This document shows positions 49,194 to 58,776 of a stretch of DNA of 64,000 bases, in pieces (position 1 is the first letter of the stretch; every line of letters begins with the position of its first letter). Made by a program: the position numbers and the translations under genes. The notes under the pieces were generated by a model. The model had not been told where the DNA came from. It worked only from the letters and a program-made list of their open reading frames with translations, and did no database searches. Source of the stretch: a virus (taxonomy: Duplodnaviria; Heunggongvirae; Uroviricota; Caudoviricetes); IMG/VR virus record IMGVR_UViG_3300017655_000275; one strand, written 5' to 3'.

Positions 49194-49997
49194 TCAGTCT
49201 CCCAGACTCTTCGCGGTTTCATCAACGGGATCATAGGTGCGGAACTTGCCGTCATCGCGCAGGATCTGCATCTCACCGGTTGCTGTGTGGACCACCCTGG
49301 TTCCGACAGGGTGCTGCAAGGCCAGCGCCTGGAGAAGCGATTTGCAGCCTTGGGGAGCCGTGTGAACCTCGACCGGCACACGCATCCCGGGTGGGTAGAC
49401 CTGCTCGTAGAAACGGAAAAGCTTTTCGTCGACCTCTGCTTGCCAGTCGGGGTCACGCGCCTCGATCAACGCCCGCACCCTGCTGGACGAATATGCCTGG
49501 CCAAGAGTCCGGTCGGCAATATGGATGCGCCGTCCGGTAACGGCATCTTCCCAGACCTCAAACCCACCGCTGCTGTAGCTGGGCTCTCCTTCCAGGGAGC
49601 TGAAGTGACCTGTATACCAGCGGGCTTCCTGCTTCGATCCCGCATAGAAATCAGTCGGAGCCGGCAGGTGCTGCGACCGGATCTTCGACAGGACATAATC
49701 GATCCACTCATCCGGGTGATCGGTCGCCCCGAGATCCTGCAGAAAGACATGGCTGAACTTGTCGCCCCAGAGAATCTCATGAGCCGCCAGTTTCTCTTCT
49801 GCCGTGAGGGGATTCCCCGGCTGCCGAAACTTGTCGCAGGATCCAAAGCCGATGATGTTGAACCCGTTGTCCCGGATCATCCTCTGCTTCAGAACGGCAT
49901 GGCCGTGGTGCTCGATCTGGCCACGGGTGATCATCAGGCCAACCCTGTTCTCGATCCGGTTCGACATTTCAGCCATGATATCTTTTTGAAACTTCAC
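49194..49997 (-). CDS. nadM: NadM-like NMN/NaMN adenylyltransferase
   Basis: TRGQIEHHGH (HxGH), IIGFGS, NPLTAEEK, SSSRVR; coupled to nudF. Confidence 0.75.
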   Translation of the reverse strand: MKFQKDIMAEMSNRIENRVGLMITRGQIEHHGHAVLKQRMIRDNGFNIIGFGSCDKFRQPGNPLTAEEKLAAHEILWGDKFSHVFLQDLGATDHPDEWIDYVLSKIRSQHLPAPTDFYAGSKQEARWYTGHFSSLEGEPSYSSGGFEVWEDAVTGRRIHIADRTLGQAYSSSRVRALIEARDPDWQAEVDEKLFRFYEQVYPPGMRVPVEVHTAPQGCKSLLQALALQHPVGTRVVHTATGEMQILRDDGKFRTYDPVDETAKSLGD

Positions 49998-50623
49998 ACG
50001 CCCACCTTCTGATTTCCCGCCGTGATCCGAAGCTCGGGCGCCAGAACCTCCAGACGGAACAGCAGCGTCGTCAGGTAGCCGTTCGCGGGCTTTCTCCGGA
50101 TCTCCTCCATGGCCTGCTGTCGCGGCATGGCGCGAGGCAGCGTGTATTCCGCCTCTGAAGCCAGGCTGCGGATGGTATTCTCCACCTCCGACAGATCGGC
50201 TTTCGCGATGAACAGGTGAACCATCTCGCTCGTGCCACCAGGGCTCGGGAAGATCGTCACTTTGTCGATGATCTGCTCGGCCGCCAGTTCGAGACCGGCC
50301 TCTTCCTGCGCTTCGCGCAGAACGCAGAGCAAGGGCTCCTCGCCGGGCTCAACCGAGCCCGCAACGATGCCAAGGCTCCAGCAATCGTCACCGTCGAGAC
50401 CTGCAGCGAGATGTCCGATGCGGAATTCCTCTACGGTCAGCACGGCGTCCATCGACGGATCGTAGACCAGGATCGCAGCCGATTGACCGCGTTCGAAAAC
50501 TTCCCTGGTGATCGGTTCCGACAGGGTGCCGTCGCCGATGTCATGACGAACCGTGTAGCGATCCATCTTGAAAAATCCGTCATAGGCGCGCTCACGGGAG
50601 ATGACTTCGACTTCCTTTGCCAT
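49994..50623 (-). CDS. nudF: ADP-ribose pyrophosphatase (Nudix) NudF
   Basis: REVFERGQSAAILVYDP; Nudix box GSVEPGEEPLLCVLREAQEEAG; SPGGTSE. Confidence 0.9.
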   Translation of the reverse strand: MAKEVEVISRERAYDGFFKMDRYTVRHDIGDGTLSEPITREVFERGQSAAILVYDPSMDAVLTVEEFRIGHLAAGLDGDDCWSLGIVAGSVEPGEEPLLCVLREAQEEAGLELAAEQIIDKVTIFPSPGGTSEMVHLFIAKADLSEVENTIRSLASEAEYTLPRAMPRQQAMEEIRRKPANGYLTTLLFRLEVLAPELRITAGNQKVGV

Positions 50624-50633
50624 GAAAGGCTCC

Positions 50634-51185
50634 TCAGTTTCTGGTGCCGTAAACAGCTTCAAGCGCGTGCAGGCAGGCGTTTGAAACCGCAATGACATCA
50701 GGATGCAGGTTGGGCTTCTGTGCTGTTCCGCCGGACGCAATGAAATTCCGGGCACCTGCATGAATGACAGAAAAAATCTCACCGTTTCCTGCAAGCCCGC
50801 AGGAGATGCTGCCGCGCGATGTCTCGATGGTGGCCGCATGGGTCAGGTCTGCGACCCTGTCTCCACTTTCCCGGCGGGGGAAATCATGGATTTCCAATGC
50901 CGATCTGGAAATCGGGCTCATGGCTTCCCGGACAACGGAAGTGATGAATGCGGCAGGATCGTTTGTCCCTCGCTGAGCGCCTTGCGCATAGGGAGACAGG
51001 CCCTCAAGGCTGATGGCGACGATCCCTTTTGTCGCGACTTTCCCGATATTGTAGCTCTGGCTGAAGGCGAATGCCGAGAACGCGAACAGCCCCAGCACGG
51101 CTACGACGAGAAGGGGCCGGGGAGAAGCCTGTCCGTTACCATCCGGGCCGTAACGGAATCCGGGGTCGCTGAGTTGATGTTTCAT
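50634..51185 (-). CDS. Hypothetical membrane-anchored or secreted protein
   Basis: Hydrophobic LLVVAVLGLFAFSAFAFS near the N-terminus. Confidence 0.65.
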   Translation of the reverse strand: MKHQLSDPGFRYGPDGNGQASPRPLLVVAVLGLFAFSAFAFSQSYNIGKVATKGIVAISLEGLSPYAQGAQRGTNDPAAFITSVVREAMSPISRSALEIHDFPRRESGDRVADLTHAATIETSRGSISCGLAGNGEIFSVIHAGARNFIASGGTAQKPNLHPDVIAVSNACLHALEAVYGTRN

Positions 51186-51241
51186 CGCCAGCCTTTCATC
51201 TTTTCGCATGACATCTTATCGTGCGAATATTCTTTCCGCAA

Positions 51242-51730
51242 TTACCGTTTGAGAGCCGGCAGTTGCAGCATGAGGCTGATGGCTTCATCCTCATCATTGA
51301 AGACTGGAACACCGAAGCGACGTGCCGTGACCGCGATATTTCCGTATCGCATGTAGTCGCGATCCGCCTGGATGACGATCGGCTTTCCCGATCCGAAGCA
51401 GATGCCCATTTCCAGCATGGACACGATCGCCATCGTTTCCCCGCCGCAGAGCCGGAAAAACACGGCATCGGCGCGCTGGATATTCTCCAGCTCCCAGGTG
51501 ACCTGCTGGTTGAACACTGTCCCCGGTGTCGGATCCTGGTCCAGGTCGGCATCCCAGTCGTCGCGGCGAGGGTCGAAGACATTGATGCCGGAACTGATGA
51601 AGCGTTCGGCGACGCGCGGCTGCCAAAGCTCCGCGCGCCCCATTTCAATCGAACCGGCGATGAAGACGAACCGGCCTGGAAGATCTGCCGGCGGCACATC
51701 GGGGCTGCGGAAGAGCCGTCCGGAGATCAT
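51242..51730 (-). CDS. Nucleoside 2-deoxyribosyltransferase-like (NDT fold) protein
   Basis: FIAGSI, VFDPRRDDW, QVTWELENIQRAD, SMLEMG. Confidence 0.8.
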   Translation of the reverse strand: MISGRLFRSPDVPPADLPGRFVFIAGSIEMGRAELWQPRVAERFISSGINVFDPRRDDWDADLDQDPTPGTVFNQQVTWELENIQRADAVFFRLCGGETMAIVSMLEMGICFGSGKPIVIQADRDYMRYGNIAVTARRFGVPVFNDEDEAISLMLQLPALKR

Positions 51731-52671
51731 GCGAACAGGACTCCCGCGTCTTTCATGGCCTCGACCTGGCTGGTTACGGTGTCATCCGAAATGCCACGAC
51801 AGGCATCCAGGATAACCACTGCCTCGAAGCCCGCGTCCCGTGCGTCGAGAGCCGAATAGGCGACGCAATAGTCGAGCGCCAGGCCGGCGAACCAGACGCG
51901 TTCGATACCGCGTTCCTTCAGCCAGGCCGCCAGGCCGGTGGTGGTCTTGCGGTCGTTCTCCATGAAAGCCGAATAGCTGTCGATCTCCGGGTTCATACCC
52001 TTGCGAATGATGAGCTGCGCGGCTTTGAGGATATCCGGGTGAAGGTCGAATTCCGCCCCGTCCTCGCCCTGGACACAGTGCTGGGGCCAGAGAACCTGAG
52101 CCCCATAGGGAAGCTCGATGGTCTGGAACGGCACCTTCCTGTCATGGCTGCTCGCAAAGCTGGAGTGATCGGCAGGGTGCCAGTCCTGGGTCAGGACGAT
52201 GGTCCCGAACTTGACCGCAGCTTCCTCCAGCGCACCCATGATCCGGTCACCCTCGGGAACGGCAAGGTTGCCGCCGGGCAAGAAGTCGTTCTGGACGTCG
52301 ATGACGATCAGGGCGTCACGCGGTCCGATCTCATTCATGTTCACCTTTTCCATTTCCGGTTTTCCTTCATTTTGGCGTTTGTCATCTGGATCAGGAACGA
52401 TGATTTCGCGGTTTCGTTCGTCCAGGATCATCATCCATCCAGGCACATCCCAGAGGAAATGAGTGATGCTGCTTCCCTCGAGGACATACCCTTCAAAACC
52501 TGCTTTCCAGTCGAGATAAGTCGACCAGTCCTGCTCCGGATTTCCCGTGTTCCAGCGCAGGGCTTCACGGCGTTCCCGGCCTTCGAGAACGCTGATGACG
52601 ACCCCGCGATACGATCCGGGATCGCCTTCCACGTAGTCGATGTTGACGTGATGGGATGCAGACTTTCTCAT
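51727..52671 (-). CDS. pncA: Nicotinamidase PncA with about 105-aa unknown N-terminal domain
   Basis: IVIDVQNDF, TQDWHP, WPQHCV, IRKG, GLALDYCV. Confidence 0.93.
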   Translation of the reverse strand: MRKSASHHVNIDYVEGDPGSYRGVVISVLEGRERREALRWNTGNPEQDWSTYLDWKAGFEGYVLEGSSITHFLWDVPGWMMILDERNREIIVPDPDDKRQNEGKPEMEKVNMNEIGPRDALIVIDVQNDFLPGGNLAVPEGDRIMGALEEAAVKFGTIVLTQDWHPADHSSFASSHDRKVPFQTIELPYGAQVLWPQHCVQGEDGAEFDLHPDILKAAQLIIRKGMNPEIDSYSAFMENDRKTTTGLAAWLKERGIERVWFAGLALDYCVAYSALDARDAGFEAVVILDACRGISDDTVTSQVEAMKDAGVLFA

Positions 52672-53114
52672 GCGATTTCCGCTCCATATTTCGCCGCGGC
52701 GTGACGCTGGGACACGAGATCGGACGATCTCAAGTCCTCACGGAATGCTGTGCCCATCTTCGCTACCCTGTAGGCGAGGCGGCCGTTGAAATAGACGCAG
52801 GCGGCATTCTCATGCATGACCACGACGGTCGGCGCCGTGCTGAAGGCCTGGCCGGCGACACCGCCGCCGGCGTCCATGCCACCCGCGGTATTGGGCCAGT
52901 TCTGGCTGAACACCCGGTAATCGAGGCTATCCTCGTTGGGACGGGTGATCCGCTTCCTGCCCTGCCATTCATGGGTCACGTCCGGGAGGTCGAAATCCCT
53001 CGCCTTGACCCAGGCAGTCGACAGGGCGAGGATTGGATGGCCGATGTTCATGAAGTTTGCCTCGTTCCTGAAATCTCCCCACCAGCAGATCTGGCGGGGA
53101 GTATAGGGCATCAC
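52668..53114 (-). CDS. Hypothetical protein inside the NAD cluster
   Basis: 4-bp overlaps with both pncB and pncA. Confidence 0.75.
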   Translation of the reverse strand: MMPYTPRQICWWGDFRNEANFMNIGHPILALSTAWVKARDFDLPDVTHEWQGRKRITRPNEDSLDYRVFSQNWPNTAGGMDAGGGVAGQAFSTAPTVVVMHENAACVYFNGRLAYRVAKMGTAFREDLRSSDLVSQRHAAAKYGAEIA

Positions 53115-54475
53115 ACGATGACCGGCGCATTCTCGACACCTTCGGTGCCGAAGACGCCGCGGTAGAACTCGACCTCGGTTTCCGAACCGGTCGCCTTCGT
53201 GAAATTGTCCGAAAGCTTGACCGCCGAGATCCAGGGCGCGTTACGGCCGCGCTTCACGGCCGAAACCTTGCAAACGACCGAGATCGGATCGAGGGCGTCG
53301 CCGCCGCGGGGATCGCACCCCCTGAAGTCGTTGGTCGCCAGAGTCCCCCAGCCATAGCCTTCCCGGATCCGCCCGCGGAACCGGTCATGCAGGGCGATCA
53401 TCTGATCGACATCGAGCCCGTCGGAGAAGAGCTGCAGCCGGTCGCGCGGATCGCAGCCGATATTTTCCCAGAAAGCGATCTTCTCCTCCCCGGCGACGAA
53501 GGGATCCTTGCTGTCCTCGCGAAAGCCCGTCCATTTGCGGATTTCCGGGAACTCCTCCAGGGCATGCTTCAGGAACTGGGTCGATCCGAATGTGTCCGGC
53601 AGGGCCACCAACAAGTTCCCGCCATAGGTCTGCTGCCATTTGCGCAGAACGTCATACTGGCTGCGGAAAAGCTCGCGTTCGCCCATATGGCCTTCCTCGA
53701 TCGCCTTTGCGCGGGCCAATGCGGCCTCGACCATCGGCAATTCGTGAGCATTGGTCCCGATGGCCGGCAGGCCACGACGCATGGCATGAAGCGCGTTTGA
53801 GGTGCCGATGAAATTGGCGCCGAGCTCTTCCTGCATGGCTTCGATGGCCTGCTCCTGCCACAGAAAGCCGTGCCGGCGCCGGGTTCCGAATTCGGCGATG
53901 CCCGGAACGTTGGCGGCTTTCAGGCGCTTCATCTTGTCGACCAGTTTGGACAGCCCGTTGGCATAGAGCACGCGGAGCTGGTATTTCGACATGTCCGACA
54001 TGCCTGCCCGCGAACGCGCCTCGTTCAGGATCGACAGGACATAGATCTCCCAGAGCGTGCACTCGAACCAGGTGCCTTCGAATTCGATCTCATAATCACC
54101 ATCTGCACCGATAGAGATCCGGTAATCGCACAGTCGCAGATTTCGCAGTGCGTCGACGAATTCGCCTGAGAAAATGCCGCGCTGACCATAGAAGGTATTG
54201 CCCTGCAACCAGATCAACTCGGCCTCGCTGAAACGCAGGCCTTTCACGTGATCCAGCTGCGCTTTCAGATCCTTGATGGAGATGGCATCGGCCAGGAGCG
54301 CCTTGGCTGCGGAGCGGTTCTTGACGGCGAATTTCACATGCACATCAGGATGCCATTTCCAGATATAAGCGGCCATCAGCAGCTTGTAGAAATCCGTGTC
54401 GAGAAGCGAGCGGACATAGGGATCCAGCCGGAAATTGTGATTGTGAATGCGTTCGGCAAGATCGACGCTGGCCAT
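53111..54475 (-). CDS. pncB: Nicotinate phosphoribosyltransferase PncB
   Basis: SLLDTDFYKLLM, EFGTRRR, GTNAHE, LPDTFG, FSDGL, AVKLSDN. Confidence 0.96.
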   Translation of the reverse strand: MASVDLAERIHNHNFRLDPYVRSLLDTDFYKLLMAAYIWKWHPDVHVKFAVKNRSAAKALLADAISIKDLKAQLDHVKGLRFSEAELIWLQGNTFYGQRGIFSGEFVDALRNLRLCDYRISIGADGDYEIEFEGTWFECTLWEIYVLSILNEARSRAGMSDMSKYQLRVLYANGLSKLVDKMKRLKAANVPGIAEFGTRRRHGFLWQEQAIEAMQEELGANFIGTSNALHAMRRGLPAIGTNAHELPMVEAALARAKAIEEGHMGERELFRSQYDVLRKWQQTYGGNLLVALPDTFGSTQFLKHALEEFPEIRKWTGFREDSKDPFVAGEEKIAFWENIGCDPRDRLQLFSDGLDVDQMIALHDRFRGRIREGYGWGTLATNDFRGCDPRGGDALDPISVVCKVSAVKRGRNAPWISAVKLSDNFTKATGSETEVEFYRGVFGTEGVENAPVIV

Positions 54476-54537
54476 GTCTTCTTCCTCTCTCCCCAATGGG
54501 ATCATCATGTTCCTTGCAGGTCAGCCTTTTCGATCAA

Positions 54538-54565
54538 GACTTATTTGCATTTTGACTATAAGTAG
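54538..54565. promoter_or_regulatory. Putative NAD-regulon operator upstream of pncB, overlapping the -10 of TTGTCG-N16-TATAGT
   Basis: Minus strand CTACTTATAGTCAAAATGCAAATAAGTC; 24/28 identical to the nadE site. Confidence 0.75.
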
Positions 54566-54602
54566 ATCGCCCGCTCCGACAAGTCAAGCGCCATCGCAGC
54601 TG

Positions 54603-54625
54603 AAAACCCGCCATAAGGCGGGCTT
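54603..54625 (-). terminator. Terminator after ftsH
   Basis: AAGCCCGCC-TTAT-GGCGGGTTTT on the minus strand. Confidence 0.75.
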
Positions 54626-54644
54626 CCATCTCTTTCTTCCCGAG

Positions 54645-56576
54645 TTATTCGGCTGCTACCAGGATCTGCCTTCCATCTTCACGATCATCGCCTGCCAGGC
54701 GCCTGACATCATCACCGGAGATGACATCCTTCTCCAGAAGCTCACTGGCAATGGCATCGAGCTTTTCACGATTCTCCTTCAGGAGTTTCATCGCCTCGCC
54801 CATCGTTTCACTGGCGATGTCGCGGATCTCCTGCCGGACACTTTCCTGCTGGAGGATGTCGGGGACATTGGAGAGGTCGACAAATCCTTCGCGTCCCATG
54901 CCCCAGCGAATGACCATATGGGTCGCATATCTCGTCAGCACCTCGATGTCCGATGCCGCTCCCGTGGTGACGTTGTCCTCTCCGAAACGGAGGATCTCGG
55001 CCGCGCGCCCGGCAGCAAGGATCTTCATCCTGCTCCTTATCCGTGCCTTGCTCTCAAGACGACGGTCCTTTTCCGGGACTTGCAAAACGAAGCCAAGGGC
55101 GCCCCCGCGAGGAAGGATGGTGACCTTGTCGATAGGGTCAGTATTCGGCAGCAGGGCGGCAACCAGCGCATGCCCGGCCTCATGCCATGCTGTCACCTGT
55201 CGCTCCTCGTCATCGAGAACGATCGCCCCACCGTTCTGTCCGATCAGCATTCTGTCACGCGCTGCGCGGAAATCGTCGAGTGTGACTTCGGATCGGCCTT
55301 CGCGGCCGGCCTTGAGTGCAGCCTCGTTGCAGAGCGCGGCAATATCGGCTCCGGATTGACCGGGCGTGAACTTGGCCACAACGGCCAGGTCGACCTCGGG
55401 GGACAGCCTGACGTTTCGGGTGTGGATCCTCAGCATCTCCTGTCGACCCTTCATATCCGGCGTGGAGATATGGATCCGGCGGTCGATGCGGCCGGGCCGA
55501 ATGATGGCAGGGTCAAGCCGCTCGGGCAAGTTCGTGGCGCCGATGACAAAGAGACCCTCGGTGCTACCCAGGCCGTCTAGCTCCACGAGCAGCGCATTGA
55601 TCGTCGTCGCCTTCTCGCCATTGAGGTTTGACGCGTCGCCGGATCGGCTGCCTACGGCATCGATCTCATCCATGAAGACGATGCATGGGAGGTTCTTCCT
55701 GGCTGCCGCAAAGGCCCTGCGAATGCGCAGAGCCCCAGTGCCCATGTAGAGCTCGTTCAATGCAGAGGCGTCCACGGAGAGAAAGCTTACCCCTGCTTCC
55801 CTGGCCATCGCTTTCGCCAGCAATGTCTTTCCGTTCCCCGGAGGCCCTGACAGGAGGATGCCACGAGGAAGGCGTCCGCCCGCCGCTTGTCGGCCTTTTT
55901 CATCCGTCATCAGACCGATCACCTCCCGGATGTCGTCCCGTGCATCATCGATGCCGGCAACATCATCGAGACAGACGTCGATATCATCCGGTGACACCAC
56001 CTTATGCGCCCCCTTCCCGAGCATGCCGAGTCTGCCACTCACCAGAAGGATGAGGATGGCGATGATGATGATCATCGGAAACATATCTGCGAGGAATGAT
56101 CGGAACGATTGACCGAGCGTTGCAGGCGGATCCCCGATGAAGCTCAGGCTTGCCTCTGTCTTGAGCAGCATATCCCGCATGACATCGTAGGATCGGGCAT
56201 TCAGATCCGAGGCGTAGAATGTCGTGTGATCAGGCGAATCTGCGGATCCGGATGCCGCATCCACATAGCTTTTCGCAAGAACGATCTTGTAGTTCATCAC
56301 GGCGATCCGGTCATCCGCATCGGCATCCCTTACCATCTCCGCAAGTTCCGAGAAGGGGAGGTTCTGCGCAGAGGCCAGGGCTCCATATGCCCATGCTCCC
56401 GATGGCACCAGATCGGGAGCTTCGGGCTTTTGGGACATGATCTGGATGAAAAGGACGCTATTGGCCAAGACAAGCAAAGTGATGGCCCATATCCGGTAAC
56501 GGAATTTCCGGTCCCTCCTCATCAGCGATCTGGTCGAAGACCAGGTGGACTTCATCCGCTCAAACAATTCTCGCAT
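54645..56576 (-). CDS. ftsH: FtsH-like membrane AAA+ zinc metalloprotease
   Basis: Two TM segments, GPPGNGKT, VFMDEIDAVG, RPGRIDR, HEAGH. Confidence 0.93.
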   Translation of the reverse strand: MRELFERMKSTWSSTRSLMRRDRKFRYRIWAITLLVLANSVLFIQIMSQKPEAPDLVPSGAWAYGALASAQNLPFSELAEMVRDADADDRIAVMNYKIVLAKSYVDAASGSADSPDHTTFYASDLNARSYDVMRDMLLKTEASLSFIGDPPATLGQSFRSFLADMFPMIIIIAILILLVSGRLGMLGKGAHKVVSPDDIDVCLDDVAGIDDARDDIREVIGLMTDEKGRQAAGGRLPRGILLSGPPGNGKTLLAKAMAREAGVSFLSVDASALNELYMGTGALRIRRAFAAARKNLPCIVFMDEIDAVGSRSGDASNLNGEKATTINALLVELDGLGSTEGLFVIGATNLPERLDPAIIRPGRIDRRIHISTPDMKGRQEMLRIHTRNVRLSPEVDLAVVAKFTPGQSGADIAALCNEAALKAGREGRSEVTLDDFRAARDRMLIGQNGGAIVLDDEERQVTAWHEAGHALVAALLPNTDPIDKVTILPRGGALGFVLQVPEKDRRLESKARIRSRMKILAAGRAAEILRFGEDNVTTGAASDIEVLTRYATHMVIRWGMGREGFVDLSNVPDILQQESVRQEIRDIASETMGEAMKLLKENREKLDAIASELLEKDVISGDDVRRLAGDDREDGRQILVAAE

Positions 56577-56669
56577 GGCAATCCCATAAGCTGTATCAGC
56601 ATGCGAAAATATCTTATGCGCCACATTCCCGCAAGCAGCGAAGCTTGAGGCGCTCCTCGTAGAAGTGCC

Positions 56670-57620
56670 TTATCGCGGAGCTGGACTGTCGCGTTCCACG
56701 CCTTCCGGGTCTGTGTCCACCTCAGGCTCCACGGAGTGTTTCCTGGCGTGCCACTCTGTCCATGTCTTCAGGGCCTCCTGGCCGAACACGAGATGGGACT
56801 TCACCAGCACCACCTCACTCCTGAGCCTGTTCAGGTGGTTTCGGAGATGGCGATCGAAGCCTTCATCCCCCCGCTCCACCTTCTTCCCAGGCAGCCGGTT
56901 GTCGGTTCTATTAGGAACCCAGACACTGGCAATCTCATCGGGATGGGCAAGCGTTGCCTCAAGCAGGTCGATCCTCTTTTCCGCCTGGTCGATAAGCCAG
57001 ACAAGCCCTTCCGTGGATTTTTCCAGGTTCGGGAACTTGATACCGGCGCAGCTCGAGGTCTGCATTCCCCAACCGGGGCGTTCATAACCGTGATGCGCCA
57101 TGGTTCCGGCAGTCACCGCGATATTGCGGAAGCAGCAGGAACAGGTTCCGCGGATCTGGTTCGGATTGACCGGTTTGGTCTGGGCCTCCGGCCTGGGGGC
57201 GCGCCCCTTGACGATCATTCCCTTGAGCTCCGCCGATGCTTCCGCCAGTGGCAGGGCTTCCGCAGCGACAGCCTTCATGGCATCGATCACCGGACCATCA
57301 AGTTTTGTTTTCGCAAGCTTCTTCGATGTTGAAATCACATCGTGCAGGTTGCTCATATTGAGCGTGTAGTCGAACTGCCGGATCTCTTCCGAAACATCTT
57401 CCCACTTCCCGGCATAGAAGAACGGCTCACGCACCTGCGCATCCCATGCCGCATTGACTGCGTTCCCCAGCCTGCTTTTCGCGTCCTGATAGACGACATT
57501 GCGGATGCCGCCCGTCGCCAGTCCATCGCGGAACTCCTGGACGGATTCCAGGAATAGCTCTCTTTTCCGGCCGGCCTGGGGTGTCAGGATGGGGAAATCA
57601 GCGGGCAGATCCTTGGGCAT
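56670..57620 (-). CDS. Hypothetical protein with CxCC...HHGY...C metal-binding motif
   Basis: GTCSCCF...MAHHGYERPGWGMQTSSCAG. Confidence 0.75.
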   Translation of the reverse strand: MPKDLPADFPILTPQAGRKRELFLESVQEFRDGLATGGIRNVVYQDAKSRLGNAVNAAWDAQVREPFFYAGKWEDVSEEIRQFDYTLNMSNLHDVISTSKKLAKTKLDGPVIDAMKAVAAEALPLAEASAELKGMIVKGRAPRPEAQTKPVNPNQIRGTCSCCFRNIAVTAGTMAHHGYERPGWGMQTSSCAGIKFPNLEKSTEGLVWLIDQAEKRIDLLEATLAHPDEIASVWVPNRTDNRLPGKKVERGDEGFDRHLRNHLNRLRSEVVLVKSHLVFGQEALKTWTEWHARKHSVEPEVDTDPEGVERDSPAPR

Positions 57621-57632
57621 GACGCGTTCCTT

Positions 57633-58511
57633 TCAGATCGACAGGGTTTCCGGCTGATCGCTGGAGCCAAGCATCTCTTCCCGGATCATTGACCAGTATT
57701 CCCGAAGATCCTCATCAGGGAAGATCTCAAGGAGCTTGTCCTGCAGCTCCTCGACATCGAACCAGCCGGACTTGAGGCGATCATCCCAGGAATTGACCCA
57801 CAGCTTCATCGGATATGATGTTCCGCGCTCTTCTTGCGTTTCACCGTCGATACGCCTCGGGCTGCAGGCCCGGATTCTAAGTCCGTTCTTGCGGAAAACC
57901 TCATCGAAACCCAGATCCGACGCCTCTTTCAGGAGTTTGCGATGGTCGACATCGCCGTCGTGCAAACTCTTGATCACCTGATCCGGAAGGCGATCGACGA
58001 TCACCAGGCTGAGTGAGGTCCGGGCGAATGGATTGTTGCCGCTCAAGGCAAGATGCATGATCGCAGCATTCCCCGAGGCAAGTGCTGTCTCGAAGTCCTT
58101 CAGGAACGCGACGACCTCCGGATCCGTCGCGACGACCTGGAATGCCCGATCATCCCAGGATGAGGTGTAGCCGTTCTTGTTCGTGGCAGGGTCCGGAACA
58201 TCCCATTTCTTGACGGAGGCGAGCACCTCCGCACGTTCACGTTTCCTGTAGTCCATACGCAGGACATGATAGGCGGGTTTCGTCTTTGTTTTCTTGACGT
58301 CCTCCATGCTCATACGCAGGGCAGCTTGAGCAGGATCGATCCGATGCCGCTCAATACCCAGCAGATCATCCTTTGCCCCGAGCCTGTACCGCATGTCGCC
58401 GATACCTTGCTCATGCTCCGCACAGAAGTCGTATCCGAGCGAAAGAGCCAATGGCAGGCCATCGCGGTCATCGTCCTTGACGAGCTGCAGGTCGTGATGT
58501 GCGTTGCGCAT
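57633..58511 (-). CDS. Hypothetical protein
   Basis: Probable start MRNAH behind GGAGG; a longer start would overlap the trpS leader. Confidence 0.72.
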   Translation of the reverse strand: MRNAHHDLQLVKDDDRDGLPLALSLGYDFCAEHEQGIGDMRYRLGAKDDLLGIERHRIDPAQAALRMSMEDVKKTKTKPAYHVLRMDYRKRERAEVLASVKKWDVPDPATNKNGYTSSWDDRAFQVVATDPEVVAFLKDFETALASGNAAIMHLALSGNNPFARTSLSLVIVDRLPDQVIKSLHDGDVDHRKLLKEASDLGFDEVFRKNGLRIRACSPRRIDGETQEERGTSYPMKLWVNSWDDRLKSGWFDVEELQDKLLEIFPDEDLREYWSMIREEMLGSSDQPETLSI

Positions 58512-58575
58512 GATGCCTCCGAATTCCTTACCTTCAAGCTGGCAAACAATATGGAAATTCGCAAGGCGATTCTTG

Positions 58576-58604
58576 TTGAAGTTGTCCCTGCAGATCTGTA
58601 GATT
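58576..58604 (+). promoter_or_regulatory. sigma70 promoter of the trpS leader
   Basis: TTGAAG-N17-TAGATT, then 6 nt, then ATG. Confidence 0.7.
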
Positions 58605-58610
58605 GCCCTT

Positions 58611-58658
58611 ATGGAAAAGATGAACCTCATTCACACTCATCTGTGGTGGCTGCCTTAA
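58611..58658 (+). CDS. Trp leader peptide MEKMNLIHTHLWWLP
   Basis: Tandem TGG TGG upstream of trpS; ATG at the predicted +1. Confidence 0.8.
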   Translation: MEKMNLIHTHLWWLP

Positions 58659-58720
58659 ACGGCGGCCCTTTCCTCATTCACCAGACAGGAACAGCCGCCG
58701 CATGACGCGGAAGAGCTTTT
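58648..58720 (+). promoter_or_regulatory. Four-segment attenuator of trpS
   Basis: 1:2 GGCTGCC/GGCGGCC; 2:3 CGGCGGC/GCCGCCG; 3:4 CCGC-ATGAC-GCGG plus AAGAGCTTTT. Confidence 0.7.
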
Positions 58721-58776
58721 CTGACAGGTAACCCCCTTCCGGCATGCGGCGTCCCTCATCAAGAAAAGGACGAACC

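Noticed and set aside
54607-54621. CCGCC-ATAA-GGCGG hairpin as a fourth CRISPR repeat
   Set aside because: Different 4-nt loop, and its T tail on the minus strand fits a terminator after ftsH
58512-58640. Longer N-terminus of ORF 57633-58640
   Set aside because: It would overlap the trpS promoter and leader; a GGAGG RBS supports the start at 58511
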